Assembly (NCBI GenBank): GCA_024276335.1
Contig: JAJRXL010000181.1
Location: 1-32,598, forward strand
Source of the DNA: Bacteroidota bacterium
GTDB taxonomy: Bacteria > Bacteroidota > Ignavibacteria > SZUA-365 > JAADGX01
Length of the DNA stretch: 32,598 nt
Direction of reading: 5' to 3'
Position 1 is the first letter of the stretch. Each line of letters opens with the position of its first letter. Both the position numbers and the translations under genes were made by a program. Under the pieces are notes generated by a model. That model saw nothing but the letters and a program-made list of their open reading frames with translations. It was not told the origin of the DNA and searched no databases. Shown one piece after another: positions 16,513 to 25,227 of this stretch.

Positions 16513-19187
16513 GCCGTCTCGATTCTCAACGTAAGTATCTGGTATGGTTCGAGATGTAGATGCACACGGTTCGACTCGACCGGGAGCTCGCGGCTTATCT
16601 TTTCATTCAATGCAGCCACGAGGACACGTTTCAACGGCACGCCGCACGCCACCGTCCCCGACCTTGACGTCGACCTGGGATTGTAAACTCTCCATATCAT
16701 CCCGTCCCCGTCGTTCGCCTTTTTCAGGCAGCTCCATACGATCCCATCTCCGTCGAGCTCAAGGAAAAAATGCATCGCCGGATACTCGACCCCGTGTTTG
16801 CGGGCCGTCCAGGAAACCGGAGTGTGGTAGTCGGCTGCTTCTTCAAGAATTTCATCAAAAACATCCGTCGGCCCGTGCGCGAATAGGCTGTACTCGAAGA
16901 CATGTCGACCGAAACATTGCCCCTCGGGTATGTCATTCTTCCACGCCGCGTCCCCACCGGGACGAGTCGCGAGATTTCCCCTGGACAACGCGCCCACACC
17001 GCGTAACAAGGTCAGCGCAATCCTGCCGTTGCCGTCGGTATCCAGTTCGTATTCCGGAAGGCCGCGGGTGAAGAGCGTGAACCCGCGCCTGTCGTCCCGC
17101 ACAGTGACGAATTCCTGCAGAACCTCCAGGTTCAGCGGTTTCTCAATCGGAAACGCATCCCAGTCATGCTCCCTGTGAACACGCTCGATCACGGCAAACG
17201 GCGTATGAACCGAAGACGTTGTCGTTTTGATTCCCGTATCAAAAACAACCCGTACCCGGTGATCCCGGGCGCGATTTTCAATCGTCGTCGTAATGTCTAT
17301 CCGCCGTGAACCCGCTGCCAGCGCGATCCTGCTCTCAATCGGAAGCCGGATGGTCTCCATCACCCGATGACTCCCACCATTTGACGCGGCCACCGGAATA
17401 TCCATCTCTGTCGTCAGCTTCAGCATTCCACGCAACGGACCGTTTTCAATGATATCGACCACGCAGGGATAATCCACAGAATGGATTTTCACGTCTTCCT
17501 CCGGGGGACAGTACGAGTAAGCGTCCCCGACGTCGCCGCTGTCCTCGAAAGTATTGAGACCTCCCGCGACCGTCCCCGATTTCTTGTCAGTTACCGTCAG
17601 CGAGCCGTCATTATTGAGGTCAACTTTCACGAAGTCGTTTTCCATGGAACGATGGCTCACCGAAACCCGGTTTTCGTACCGGGGGAATTTCGCCTTCCGC
17701 GAAATCGACAGGTTCGTGAACGCCGTCGATCGGAGAACGGAAGCAGGGACGAGTATGGAGAACCGGTCCGCCCGGTACTGGCGCGGATAACTGTATCTCG
17801 ATTCGGCCAGGCTCCACGCCGTTTCCCTCTTCACTACCTGGAACGGTATCTCTTTGCCATTCGCGTCTTTCACCACGAATCCCCTTACGGGCTCGGAGCG
17901 TTCGCCTTCTCGCGCATCCGGGTTCAGGCCGATGATCTGGTCATGGATATGGAATTCGACCGCGCATTCCACCACGCCTTTCCGCAAGCGAGGGAGGGGA
18001 TTGAAGAGAACGAGGAAACGGTCATCCAGGGCGGAGGACTTGCGCCGCGGGACCAAATCATCCATCAACTGTTTTTGCAACGCGCCCGCAAGTTCCCGGA
18101 TACGTTGGAACCGCACCATCACTTCCCGGTAAACCCGATCCACGCTTGTCCCGCATATTACATCGTGCTCGTGGTTTTGCAGCAGCATCAACCAGGCGTG
18201 TTGCACCAGGCCTGTCCTGTTCCGGGAACCGAACAACATCGCGAGGGCATGCAACGGCTCGATCACCTTTTCCAGCATTACCTGGCAATGGTAATTCGCC
18301 TGCTTCACGTACATGCGGCTCGAGGCCGTCCCGCCGATCACCGCGAATGCGTGGCGAAGCCCGAACCGGCTTTCGCCCTTCCAGACGGGCAGTTTCACGT
18401 CGTCGAGTTCGCTCCGTACTTCTTCAATAAATTCCATGATCGTCGAGTGCCGGACTTCCACGTCGAGGCGTTCCCGCAATAATGACACGACGTCCGCCAC
18501 CCGGCAATCGGGCCAATGGCGGTCGCCGCCGTTCATGATCAGCCGGTGCGACGTCAGGGCGCGACGGTCGAGTTCGTCCTTCAATCGCTCGAACCGTTGC
18601 ACGCTCTGTTCGTCGTCGTCTTTCGCGAAGTACCCGAAGCTGTAGCCGTCCCCGGGCAAGTGGAACATCAGGACCGACGACCCATCCGGAGATTCCCAGC
18701 AGTATTCCGAAGACTCCTGCCCTTCCTCGCCTCCAAACCCCCGGTAGATCACCGCCGCATCAATGCCGAATGCGCGCAGCACCTGGGGCATCTGGGCAAT
18801 GTGGCCGAACTGATCGGGGAGGTATCCCACCGGCATGAACGAGCCGTACCGTTTCGCGCGAGCGGTGCCGTACAGCAGGTTGCGAATGAGCGATTCACCG
18901 CTCGGAAGGAATTCATCCGCAAGGATAAACCACGGACCAACGAACAACCGTCCGCCGTTGACGAGGTTTTTCAACTGTCGTAGCCGGTCCGGCCGTATTT
19001 CGATGTAATCTTCCAACATCGCCATCTGGCCGTCAAGGATGAAGGAGGAAAAACGCGGGTCGTCATCCAGCAGCTGCAGCAGATCTTCCATGAAATCGAT
19101 TAACAGAACGCGCGATTCCTCGGTGTTCATCACCCATTCCCGGTCCCAGTGGACATGCGAAACGATATGATAAACCGGGGATCTCAT
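16509..19187 (-). CDS. GH38 alpha-mannosidase / mannosylglycerate-hydrolase-type enzyme
   Basis: 892 aa. N-terminal GH38 metal-binding motif VSHVHWDREW, and a size and layout typical of bacterial GH38 (N-terminal catalytic domain, central helical domain, C-terminal beta domains). First gene after a 167-nt gap. Confidence 0.85.
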   Translation of the reverse strand: MRSPVYHIVSHVHWDREWVMNTEESRVLLIDFMEDLLQLLDDDPRFSSFILDGQMAMLEDYIEIRPDRLRQLKNLVNGGRLFVGPWFILADEFLPSGESLIRNLLYGTARAKRYGSFMPVGYLPDQFGHIAQMPQVLRAFGIDAAVIYRGFGGEEGQESSEYCWESPDGSSVLMFHLPGDGYSFGYFAKDDDEQSVQRFERLKDELDRRALTSHRLIMNGGDRHWPDCRVADVVSLLRERLDVEVRHSTIMEFIEEVRSELDDVKLPVWKGESRFGLRHAFAVIGGTASSRMYVKQANYHCQVMLEKVIEPLHALAMLFGSRNRTGLVQHAWLMLLQNHEHDVICGTSVDRVYREVMVRFQRIRELAGALQKQLMDDLVPRRKSSALDDRFLVLFNPLPRLRKGVVECAVEFHIHDQIIGLNPDAREGERSEPVRGFVVKDANGKEIPFQVVKRETAWSLAESRYSYPRQYRADRFSILVPASVLRSTAFTNLSISRKAKFPRYENRVSVSHRSMENDFVKVDLNNDGSLTVTDKKSGTVAGGLNTFEDSGDVGDAYSYCPPEEDVKIHSVDYPCVVDIIENGPLRGMLKLTTEMDIPVAASNGGSHRVMETIRLPIESRIALAAGSRRIDITTTIENRARDHRVRVVFDTGIKTTTSSVHTPFAVIERVHREHDWDAFPIEKPLNLEVLQEFVTVRDDRRGFTLFTRGLPEYELDTDGNGRIALTLLRGVGALSRGNLATRPGGDAAWKNDIPEGQCFGRHVFEYSLFAHGPTDVFDEILEEAADYHTPVSWTARKHGVEYPAMHFFLELDGDGIVWSCLKKANDGDGMIWRVYNPRSTSRSGTVACGVPLKRVLVAALNEKISRELPVESNRVHLHLEPYQILTLRIETA

Positions 19188-19354
19188 AGTTACACTTCTA
19201 ACGGCAGGGGCTGCGAAGACGGGGCACGGTAACCCGAACGCCCGTTGGACATGGAACTCGTCTCCGCCGACCGCCCCTTCTCCGGTGGCTGGCCGATCGT
19301 GCGCGGATCACCGTCCCGTGATTTATCGATAACTATCCTGATGGCAGAGTATTC
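19188..19354 (-). promoter_or_regulatory. Intergenic region that probably carries the promoter and 5' UTR of the GH38-led sugar array (and the 3' end of the upstream envelope operon)
   Basis: Positional only. This is the largest gap (167 nt) flanking the 16-gene co-directional array. No convincing -35/-10 pair or hairpin was identified by eye. Confidence 0.3.
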
Positions 19355-21178
19355 TTATTTGTAATCCTTGTTCAAATCAAGTTCCGTTCCCGTCTCTCCT
19401 TCCGCGCCGGCGCGGGAAATCAGGATGTGTATCCTCCGTTGAACGGCGTAATTCTCGTTATCATTGCTGACATCGCCGCCGATTACATGGTAGCGAATTT
19501 TCCCGGCTTTTTTCAGCTCAACGTATTCGGGGAAACCTTCAGCCGCCGCCTTGGTAAACAGCTCTTCAAGATAGTGTGCCGCGTAATGTGCCCGCAGGCC
19601 GGAAAGCTTGAGATTATCCATTACGTCGCCCTTGGACACGACGTGTCGTTTTCCCTGGAGATCATCAAACTCGACCGTTTTATCTTCGATGTATCGCCCG
19701 ATGATGGGTTGCGGATCCGCGTAGCCGGTAACCGTGATGACCAGCACCTCGTTGGGGAGTGCGGCGGACTTGAACCGTGGGAAGATTTCCTCGACGCCCG
19801 CGGTGTACACGGTCCGGAAAATGCTTTCCACCGTCTGGGCGTACGCGCGGTACTGATCGTGCCGCCTGGAATTGCGCCGGAAGCGCTCGATGTATCGCGC
19901 GCCCGCCAGGGGACCCCGTACGAGTTCCAGCAAGCGCTCCAGCTCATCCGGCGTGTTGGGACGATAGTAACCGGTGACGAAAAACGGCACGTTGTATTTT
20001 CCCAGGTCAAATTCCGCCACGGTAATGGAACCGAAGAAGAGCTCGGTCCTCCTGTCGGTATTGGGATAGGTGTTCAGCACCTTGTCCGTCTTCGCGCCGT
20101 GCCGACGAATTTCCGCTTTTACCACGTAGTCCCTGTCCGCCGGAAGCAATTCGATGTACTCCGTGACGTAAGCGTTCGTCACGAAGCTGGTCACCACGGT
20201 GTTCGTGGCCAGGTCGGTAACGGTGACGATACTGGGAAGCGGTTTATGCGTGGTCGAATCGAGCACACTGACAAACAGGCGAAACATGCCGGCACCGTAA
20301 ATATTCGGCATGCCTTCGTAGATATCCAACCCCCCGTAACCGCCTTCCCGCGCAGAAGCGACATAGAACTTGTCCTCCCGGGACGGTGCGAAGAAGAACA
20401 ACTCGTCAGCGTCGGAATTGATGACCGGACCGAGGTTGCGCGGTTCCGACCAATTCTGACCGTCGTTGACGCTCATGTAAATGTCGAACCCCCCGTAGCC
20501 GTCGATGCCGTCGCTGGCATAGTAGAGCGTACCGCCGTCCGGGGTGATGTACGGCGATCGCTCGCTCCCGGAGGTATTGATCGGAGGCATAAGGGGGATA
20601 GCGGCGGACCACGAACCGTCCGCCTGGAGACGAGTCACGTAGATGTCGGTTTCCCCCACCCCGCCCGGGCGGTTGGAGACAAAGTAAATGGTCCGGCCGT
20701 CGGCGCTGATACACGGTTGCGAATCCCAGTACTCGGAATTTACACCCGGAGGCAGGTGCCGCACGTTCGAAACGACGGTCCCGGTAATCGTGCACATGTA
20801 AATATCGGTGTCTCCCAGGCCATCCTCCCGTTCATCAGCGGCGAACACGGCGGTCCGGCCATCCCCGGCGAAGGCCACGGCGCCGTCGTTTTCATCCGTA
20901 TTGATTCCTTCGCCCAGGTTCATCGCTTCCTGCCAGGTCTGCCTCATTCGCTGCGCGTAGAACACGTCTGCTTCGCCGTGGGAGTCATCGTCCCTGTACG
21001 ACGTAAACACGAGCGTTCGCCGGTCACCGGTCACTACCGGGGCGTAATCGTTTGCAGGCGAATTCACGGTCCCTTCCAGCGGCCGCAACACGACCGGGTA
21101 CCTCGTGAACACCTGTGCCTGGACAACCTGCGCAAGGACGGCAAATACACTCAGAGATAGAAGTACACTTTTATACAT
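19355..21178 (-). CDS. PorE-like envelope protein: signal peptide, PD40/TolB-type beta-propeller repeats, carboxypeptidase-regulatory-like domain, OmpA_C-like peptidoglycan-binding domain
   Basis: 607 aa. Signal peptide MYKSVLLSLSVFAVLAQVVQAQ. Repeated PD40-type units (NSPANDYAPVVTGDRRTLVFTS, DSQPCISADGRTIYFVSNR...TDIY, SERSPYITPDGGTLYYASD...FDIY, ...LDIY). CRD-like segment FRLFVSVLDSTTHKPLPSIVTVTD. Divergent OmpA_C motifs VTGYADPQP, NLKLSGLRAHYAAHYL, QRRIHILI. GGGAG Shine-Dalgarno site 7 nt upstream of the ATG. Confidence 0.8.
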   Translation of the reverse strand: MYKSVLLSLSVFAVLAQVVQAQVFTRYPVVLRPLEGTVNSPANDYAPVVTGDRRTLVFTSYRDDDSHGEADVFYAQRMRQTWQEAMNLGEGINTDENDGAVAFAGDGRTAVFAADEREDGLGDTDIYMCTITGTVVSNVRHLPPGVNSEYWDSQPCISADGRTIYFVSNRPGGVGETDIYVTRLQADGSWSAAIPLMPPINTSGSERSPYITPDGGTLYYASDGIDGYGGFDIYMSVNDGQNWSEPRNLGPVINSDADELFFFAPSREDKFYVASAREGGYGGLDIYEGMPNIYGAGMFRLFVSVLDSTTHKPLPSIVTVTDLATNTVVTSFVTNAYVTEYIELLPADRDYVVKAEIRRHGAKTDKVLNTYPNTDRRTELFFGSITVAEFDLGKYNVPFFVTGYYRPNTPDELERLLELVRGPLAGARYIERFRRNSRRHDQYRAYAQTVESIFRTVYTAGVEEIFPRFKSAALPNEVLVITVTGYADPQPIIGRYIEDKTVEFDDLQGKRHVVSKGDVMDNLKLSGLRAHYAAHYLEELFTKAAAEGFPEYVELKKAGKIRYHVIGGDVSNDNENYAVQRRIHILISRAGAEGETGTELDLNKDYK

Positions 21179-21193
21179 GGCGCATCTCCCTGG

Positions 21194-22015
21194 TCAGAAT
21201 GCAAACATCAATCCAACGGTGACCTGCACGGCGCCCGCCTTCCAGTCGTTATCCGTTGATACGCGTGTCAGGGGGTAGCTGTAGAGAACTTCGGGATTGA
21301 CAAACAGCTTCCTGGAGATACGGAAGAAATACCCCGCCCCTGCGCGCAGCGAGAAGAAAACCGATTCAGTAATATCCATATCTCCGTTGTACACTTCCTT
21401 TTCCGTTACCTGGTCCAAGTATGTAACACCCGGCGGCCCGACGATACGAACAGTCTTTCGGAAATTCTTCCCGGCCACAACACTGAGGGACGGTCCTGCC
21501 TGCACGTAGAGCTGATCGGGAAGGATATCATAGGCGGCAAATGCATCGACGCTGACCGTGTGCATGGTGACGTTCAACGTGTATTCTTCCAGCAATTCCT
21601 CCACCTGATTATCCTCTCCGAGAATAGGCAACGGTTGAGGTTCGCCGGCGAATTCACCACCCCTTCCCTCGTACGCCAACCGCGGGGTGAACCACCAGCG
21701 GTCACCGAGCGGGACGAACACCTTTATCCCGACAACCGGCGCCAGCCCATCGCCCTTGTTGAAACCGCAACACACGAGATCATTCTCGGTCGTGTAGAAC
21801 AGGCCGTCGTGCATGTTGTAGTTCAGTCCCAGGTACGGGCCCACCAGCATGGCCCGGAAACCGGGATAGAGGATCTTGTCCCGCGGTTCGGGAACGAACG
21901 ACGGGCCGTCCGGATCCTCTCCCGGAACAAACGCATTATCCTTTGTCGTCGCGGGCGAGATCGCCGGGAAGGAAATAATGACGAACAGCATCATTTTCAG
22001 TATTGACGTTTTCAT
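21194..22015 (-). CDS. Outer-membrane beta-barrel protein (porin/PorT-like, OMP_b-brl type)
   Basis: About 273 aa. Signal peptide MKTSILKMMLFVIISFPAISPA, alternating amphipathic beta-strand pattern throughout, and a C-terminal aromatic beta-signal ...VTVGLMFAF. The start is set at ATG 22013-22015, 5 nt after an AGGAGG site; the track start at 22021 is a GTG inside that Shine-Dalgarno site. Confidence 0.75.
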   Translation of the reverse strand: MKTSILKMMLFVIISFPAISPATTKDNAFVPGEDPDGPSFVPEPRDKILYPGFRAMLVGPYLGLNYNMHDGLFYTTENDLVCCGFNKGDGLAPVVGIKVFVPLGDRWWFTPRLAYEGRGGEFAGEPQPLPILGEDNQVEELLEEYTLNVTMHTVSVDAFAAYDILPDQLYVQAGPSLSVVAGKNFRKTVRIVGPPGVTYLDQVTEKEVYNGDMDITESVFFSLRAGAGYFFRISRKLFVNPEVLYSYPLTRVSTDNDWKAGAVQVTVGLMFAF

Positions 22016-22020
22016 CATCA

Positions 22021-22026
22021 CCTCCT
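22021..22026 (-). promoter_or_regulatory. Shine-Dalgarno site (AGGAGG) for the OM barrel gene, overlapping the stop codon of the vWA gene
   Basis: The minus strand reads AAG TAG GAG GTG ATG ATG AAA. TAG is the vWA gene stop, and AGGAGG lies 5 nt upstream of the second ATG. Confidence 0.6.
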
Positions 22027-24049
22027 ACTTCGCCCGGACGATCTTGTGAACGGTGGTCCCACCCGGCGTTATCAGTCGAATTACGTAAACACCTGGAGAC
22101 AGGGTGGCCCCATCGAGATCAACGCTGAAAGAACCGGGTTCCGTGTATTCATCGACCAGCACCTTCACGCGTCTTCCCATGGCGTCGAGCACTTCGAGCT
22201 TCACCCTGCCCTCAGCTTCCACCCTGTACACCAGCCGGGTCGATACACTGAAGGGGTTGGGGTGATTCCCGACGACTTCTTCACCGAATCGGGCGCTGGC
22301 ATCGATGAGCCGTTCGTCCTGGTAACAAAGGCTGTCCGTTAGTAGGAATCCCGGATCGATGCGACCGACACGAGGATTGCCGTCGGCAAACACCACGTCA
22401 ACAAGCCGTACCGGTGTAGTGCGGGAATTCCCGTGCAGCACCGTGAACGCCACGCGGGCGATTTCATCCGTCGTGCTTCCATCGGTCGTAAGCGTTCCAC
22501 CGGAAAGCTGGAATGTAAACTCTGCTTCATCAGGACCAAAAGTGGTAAAGAAACTGGAATTCGTCATCGGTTCCGCCAGGAGGCCGGACGTTTCCAGCGC
22601 AGACGAAAACGGATAAAGCAACGTCTTGTTGTATGCCAGGACCACCGACAGGCTGCTGACCTCATAGCCGGACGGCACGGCATCCAGAAGCCGGACGGAA
22701 AACGTCACGACGCTGCCGGGGCGCGCGCGTACGCTGTCGGTCAGGCTGACCGTGACACTGTCCCATCCCACGCCCATCAGCCGGAGCAGCTCCGTCGTGT
22801 TCATGCAGCCGTTCCCGTCGATGGTAATATCGAGAGCCTGCTGGCGAAGGCGCGTAGGCGTAAAACAGATGTTCACGGTCCTGGTATTCCCCGGAAAGAT
22901 TTCCTCGGTGGGAAAAGTAGACTCGAAAGAAAACGGCGGTTCTATACCGGAGGAAGATATCCGCATGGGAGCATCGCCCGTGTTGCGTATGACCACGGGC
23001 AGGCAGACGGTATTCCCAACCCGTACGGAATCGAAATCGATGACGTTCACGTTGAGGTCGAGGCTGGGAGAAACGGCCCGGCCACGCAACGGAAGGGTCA
23101 TATCGACGTTCTGGCTGAGGAGGGTCGCAATCGTGCGATAGACGGCGATGAGGTCCCTCCTGGTGGAGGCTGTGAAGTATTGCCCGCCCGTGCTGTTTGC
23201 TATCTGCGTCAGCGGCGTTTCCTCGGCATTGCCGATACCCACGGTAAAGATGCGGACGCGCGCGCCCGTGGCAGCGGTAATGACATCACTGATCGTTTCC
23301 GCGCTACCACTGCAATTATCCGCTCCGTCCGTGAGTGCGATAATAACGCGTTGATTTGAACGGGCAGCCAAGAGGTTTACGACTTTTACCAGCGCGTTAT
23401 ACAAGCACGTGTAATTCCCGAACGCACTGGCGGGTACTGCGGAAGTCAACGCCGCCTTGTTCGACGTGAAGAATTGCAAGACACTGTAATCACTCGTGGC
23501 TGCAAACCGCACGACGGCCGCCTCGTCGGTAATATCGGTCGTAGCGAGCAAGCCGCCGATGAAATCGACACCGGCGTCGTGCGCGGCGCTGATGCGGCTG
23601 ACGTTGCTTCCCGCGTCAGGGTCGTACACATCCTCCTGGTTCATGCTGTTACTCACGTCGAAGAGGAGAGCAATCGACAGCGGCAACCGGGTATCGGCGC
23701 GGAAATTCAACGTAAGGGTATCTATTGCCGGCGCAAGCGTCGGCCGGTAGCAGATGCTCACACTCCGTGAAGCGCCGGGCACAATGGAAAAAGGTACCGC
23801 GATCGATCCGCTGAACGGCAATGGAATATCGTCGAAAGAACGCACGGTAAGCGTGGTGTCGCCAATATTGCGGAAAACCACGTCCAGGCACTTGGCGGTT
23901 CCGCAGAACGTCGTATCGAAATCCAGTGATTCGGGAATCAGTTCCAGTATCGGGCCTTTCACCTGCGCGCGCGCCGGAACGGCAATAATGAAAGTCAAAA
24001 GGAGTGTAACAGCGAAAAACGATTTTGAAAGGGATGACGGGAGATTCAT
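22025..24049 (-). CDS. Secreted multidomain vWA protein with a T9SS type-A C-terminal sorting domain (Ig-like, vWA, Ig-like, cohesin-like, CTD)
   Basis: 674 aa from ATG 24047-24049. Signal peptide MNLPSSLSKSFFAVTLLLTFIIAVPARAQ. vWA MIDAS residues LLFDVSNSM ... ALTDGADN. Two Ig-like modules (LDFDTTFCGTAKCLDVVFRNIGDTTLTV; IDFDSVRVGNTVCLPVVIRNTGDAPMRI). T9SS CTD GNHPNPFSVSTRLVYRV...VKLEVLDAMGRRVKVLVDE...LSPGVYVIRL...KIVRAK. The track ORF start at 24352 would overlap the MDR gene by 184 nt. Confidence 0.85.
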   Translation of the reverse strand: MNLPSSLSKSFFAVTLLLTFIIAVPARAQVKGPILELIPESLDFDTTFCGTAKCLDVVFRNIGDTTLTVRSFDDIPLPFSGSIAVPFSIVPGASRSVSICYRPTLAPAIDTLTLNFRADTRLPLSIALLFDVSNSMNQEDVYDPDAGSNVSRISAAHDAGVDFIGGLLATTDITDEAAVVRFAATSDYSVLQFFTSNKAALTSAVPASAFGNYTCLYNALVKVVNLLAARSNQRVIIALTDGADNCSGSAETISDVITAATGARVRIFTVGIGNAEETPLTQIANSTGGQYFTASTRRDLIAVYRTIATLLSQNVDMTLPLRGRAVSPSLDLNVNVIDFDSVRVGNTVCLPVVIRNTGDAPMRISSSGIEPPFSFESTFPTEEIFPGNTRTVNICFTPTRLRQQALDITIDGNGCMNTTELLRLMGVGWDSVTVSLTDSVRARPGSVVTFSVRLLDAVPSGYEVSSLSVVLAYNKTLLYPFSSALETSGLLAEPMTNSSFFTTFGPDEAEFTFQLSGGTLTTDGSTTDEIARVAFTVLHGNSRTTPVRLVDVVFADGNPRVGRIDPGFLLTDSLCYQDERLIDASARFGEEVVGNHPNPFSVSTRLVYRVEAEGRVKLEVLDAMGRRVKVLVDEYTEPGSFSVDLDGATLSPGVYVIRLITPGGTTVHKIVRAK

Positions 24050-24168
24050 GGCAGGACTCCGTGCGGAAGCCGAAATGTTCTTCAGACCGTTAATGATACG
24101 AATTTTTCGAAAGAAAGTGAATGATTGCGCCTCGCGTGCATGTGGATCGTCGGTCACTTCAATCAAGA
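24050..24168 (-). promoter_or_regulatory. Probable promoter and 5' UTR region of the vWA/barrel/PorE-like operon
   Basis: Positional. A 119-nt gap visibly more AT-rich than the flanking coding DNA (e.g. TTAATGATACGAATTTTTCGAAAGAAAG on the + strand). No defined promoter boxes could be called. Confidence 0.3.
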
Positions 24169-25203
24169 TCATGTCTCGTTTACCAGGAGGACCTTCCCGG
24201 CCGTCATGTTTTGAACGTATTCCGCGATGCCGTGCCTGGCATCCGCCAGGGGAACGTGTTTCCGGATTTCCGTTTTCAGTTCGTTCGCCAGGAATTTCTG
24301 CAAACCAAGGGCCAGACGCAGTTGATGCCGGAACGGTGTGTCGCGGATCCAATCGACCAGCCAGAATCCCTCGATGGATTTCTTTTCAAAGATAAATCGT
24401 CCGGGCGTGATGCGACAATTTTTCAAGGAAAGCGACCCGTACACGACAACTTTTCCGCCCCGTGGCAACGCACGCAATAGTCGCTCGGTCATGTCCCCCG
24501 CTACGGCGTCGAAAGCAATCGTCGGCCGGAGATCGCGGCATAGGACATTGAGCTTGTCGCCAAAATCCGGATCGTTCGTACAAAGGACGTTTGCCGCGCC
24601 ACGCGACCGCAGGAATTCGACCTGCTCCGTCCTGCGCACGAGGTGGATACCGGGAACGCCGAAACGCACGGCCAGCGACGCAATCATGCGCCCCACGGCC
24701 CCGGCGGCTGCGGTCTGTATGAACGCGCGATGCTTTCCCCCGGTCACCTGCCGCACGAGTATCCTGGCGGTCATCGGGTTGATCAGCATGGTGGCTCCCT
24801 GTTCAACGCTAACCTTCTTGGCCAGGGGCACGCAACGACGAGCCTCGGTGACCATGTATTCCGCCCACGTGCCGTCCCCCCCGTCGGGAGCGCCGCAGGC
24901 CACCCGCTTGCCGTAAAGAAAGCGGCCCAACATCCCCCCACCCACTGCAACAACAACACCGGTACCCTCGAATCCAGGAACCACGGGAAGTTCTTTCTTT
25001 ACACCATAAATGCCGTGGATAAAAGCAAGATCGACCGGGTTGATCGGCGCGGCGGCTATACGCACCAGCACTTCGCCATTCCGCGGCGTGGGCACATCCT
25101 TCTCCACGACGCGCAAACCCGATTCCCAGGAACCGTAATCGGTGAGTTCCACCGCTTTCATGATGCGTGGAATAACAGGAGGCATCAGCCGTGAATCAGT
25201 CAT
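24169..25203 (-). CDS. Medium-chain dehydrogenase/reductase, quinone-oxidoreductase-like
   Basis: 344 aa. MKAVEL..., GEVLVRIAAAPINPVD, PGFEGTGVVVAVG, cofactor loop AAAGAVGRMIASLA. The classical structural-zinc Cys cluster is not seen. An alternative start is M15 at 25161. Confidence 0.85.
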   Translation of the reverse strand: MTDSRLMPPVIPRIMKAVELTDYGSWESGLRVVEKDVPTPRNGEVLVRIAAAPINPVDLAFIHGIYGVKKELPVVPGFEGTGVVVAVGGGMLGRFLYGKRVACGAPDGGDGTWAEYMVTEARRCVPLAKKVSVEQGATMLINPMTARILVRQVTGGKHRAFIQTAAAGAVGRMIASLAVRFGVPGIHLVRRTEQVEFLRSRGAANVLCTNDPDFGDKLNVLCRDLRPTIAFDAVAGDMTERLLRALPRGGKVVVYGSLSLKNCRITPGRFIFEKKSIEGFWLVDWIRDTPFRHQLRLALGLQKFLANELKTEIRKHVPLADARHGIAEYVQNMTAGKVLLVNET

Positions 25204-25227
25204 GCCGCGGTTCCCGGAAGGTTGGCA

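Noticed and set aside
19188-19354. Possible intrinsic terminator hairpins downstream of the PorE-like gene
   Set aside because: The candidate stems (GCCAGCCACC/GGCGGTCGGC and CGGGC/GCCCCG) contain mismatches or bulges and have no U-tract. They are not convincing enough to annotate.
19427-21160. 577-aa + strand ORF, together with similar long + strand ORFs at 7918..8955, 10459..11691, 13200..14126, 17481..18482, 22433..23359, 25962..27134 and 29164..30438
   Set aside because: All lie antisense to minus-strand genes that carry strong family motifs. Their translations are Arg/Gly/Pro/His-rich, low-complexity and motif-free, which is typical of shadow ORFs in GC-rich DNA.
24050-24352. N-terminal extension of the vWA ORF, including an ATG at 24170-24172 that forms an ATGA overlap with the MDR gene stop
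   Set aside because: The full extension overlaps the MDR gene by 184 nt. Even the ATGA start would place 41 non-signal residues in front of a textbook signal peptide, and it would cross the AT-richer gap. The ATG at 24049, with GGAG upstream, is preferred. The ATGA start cannot be fully excluded.
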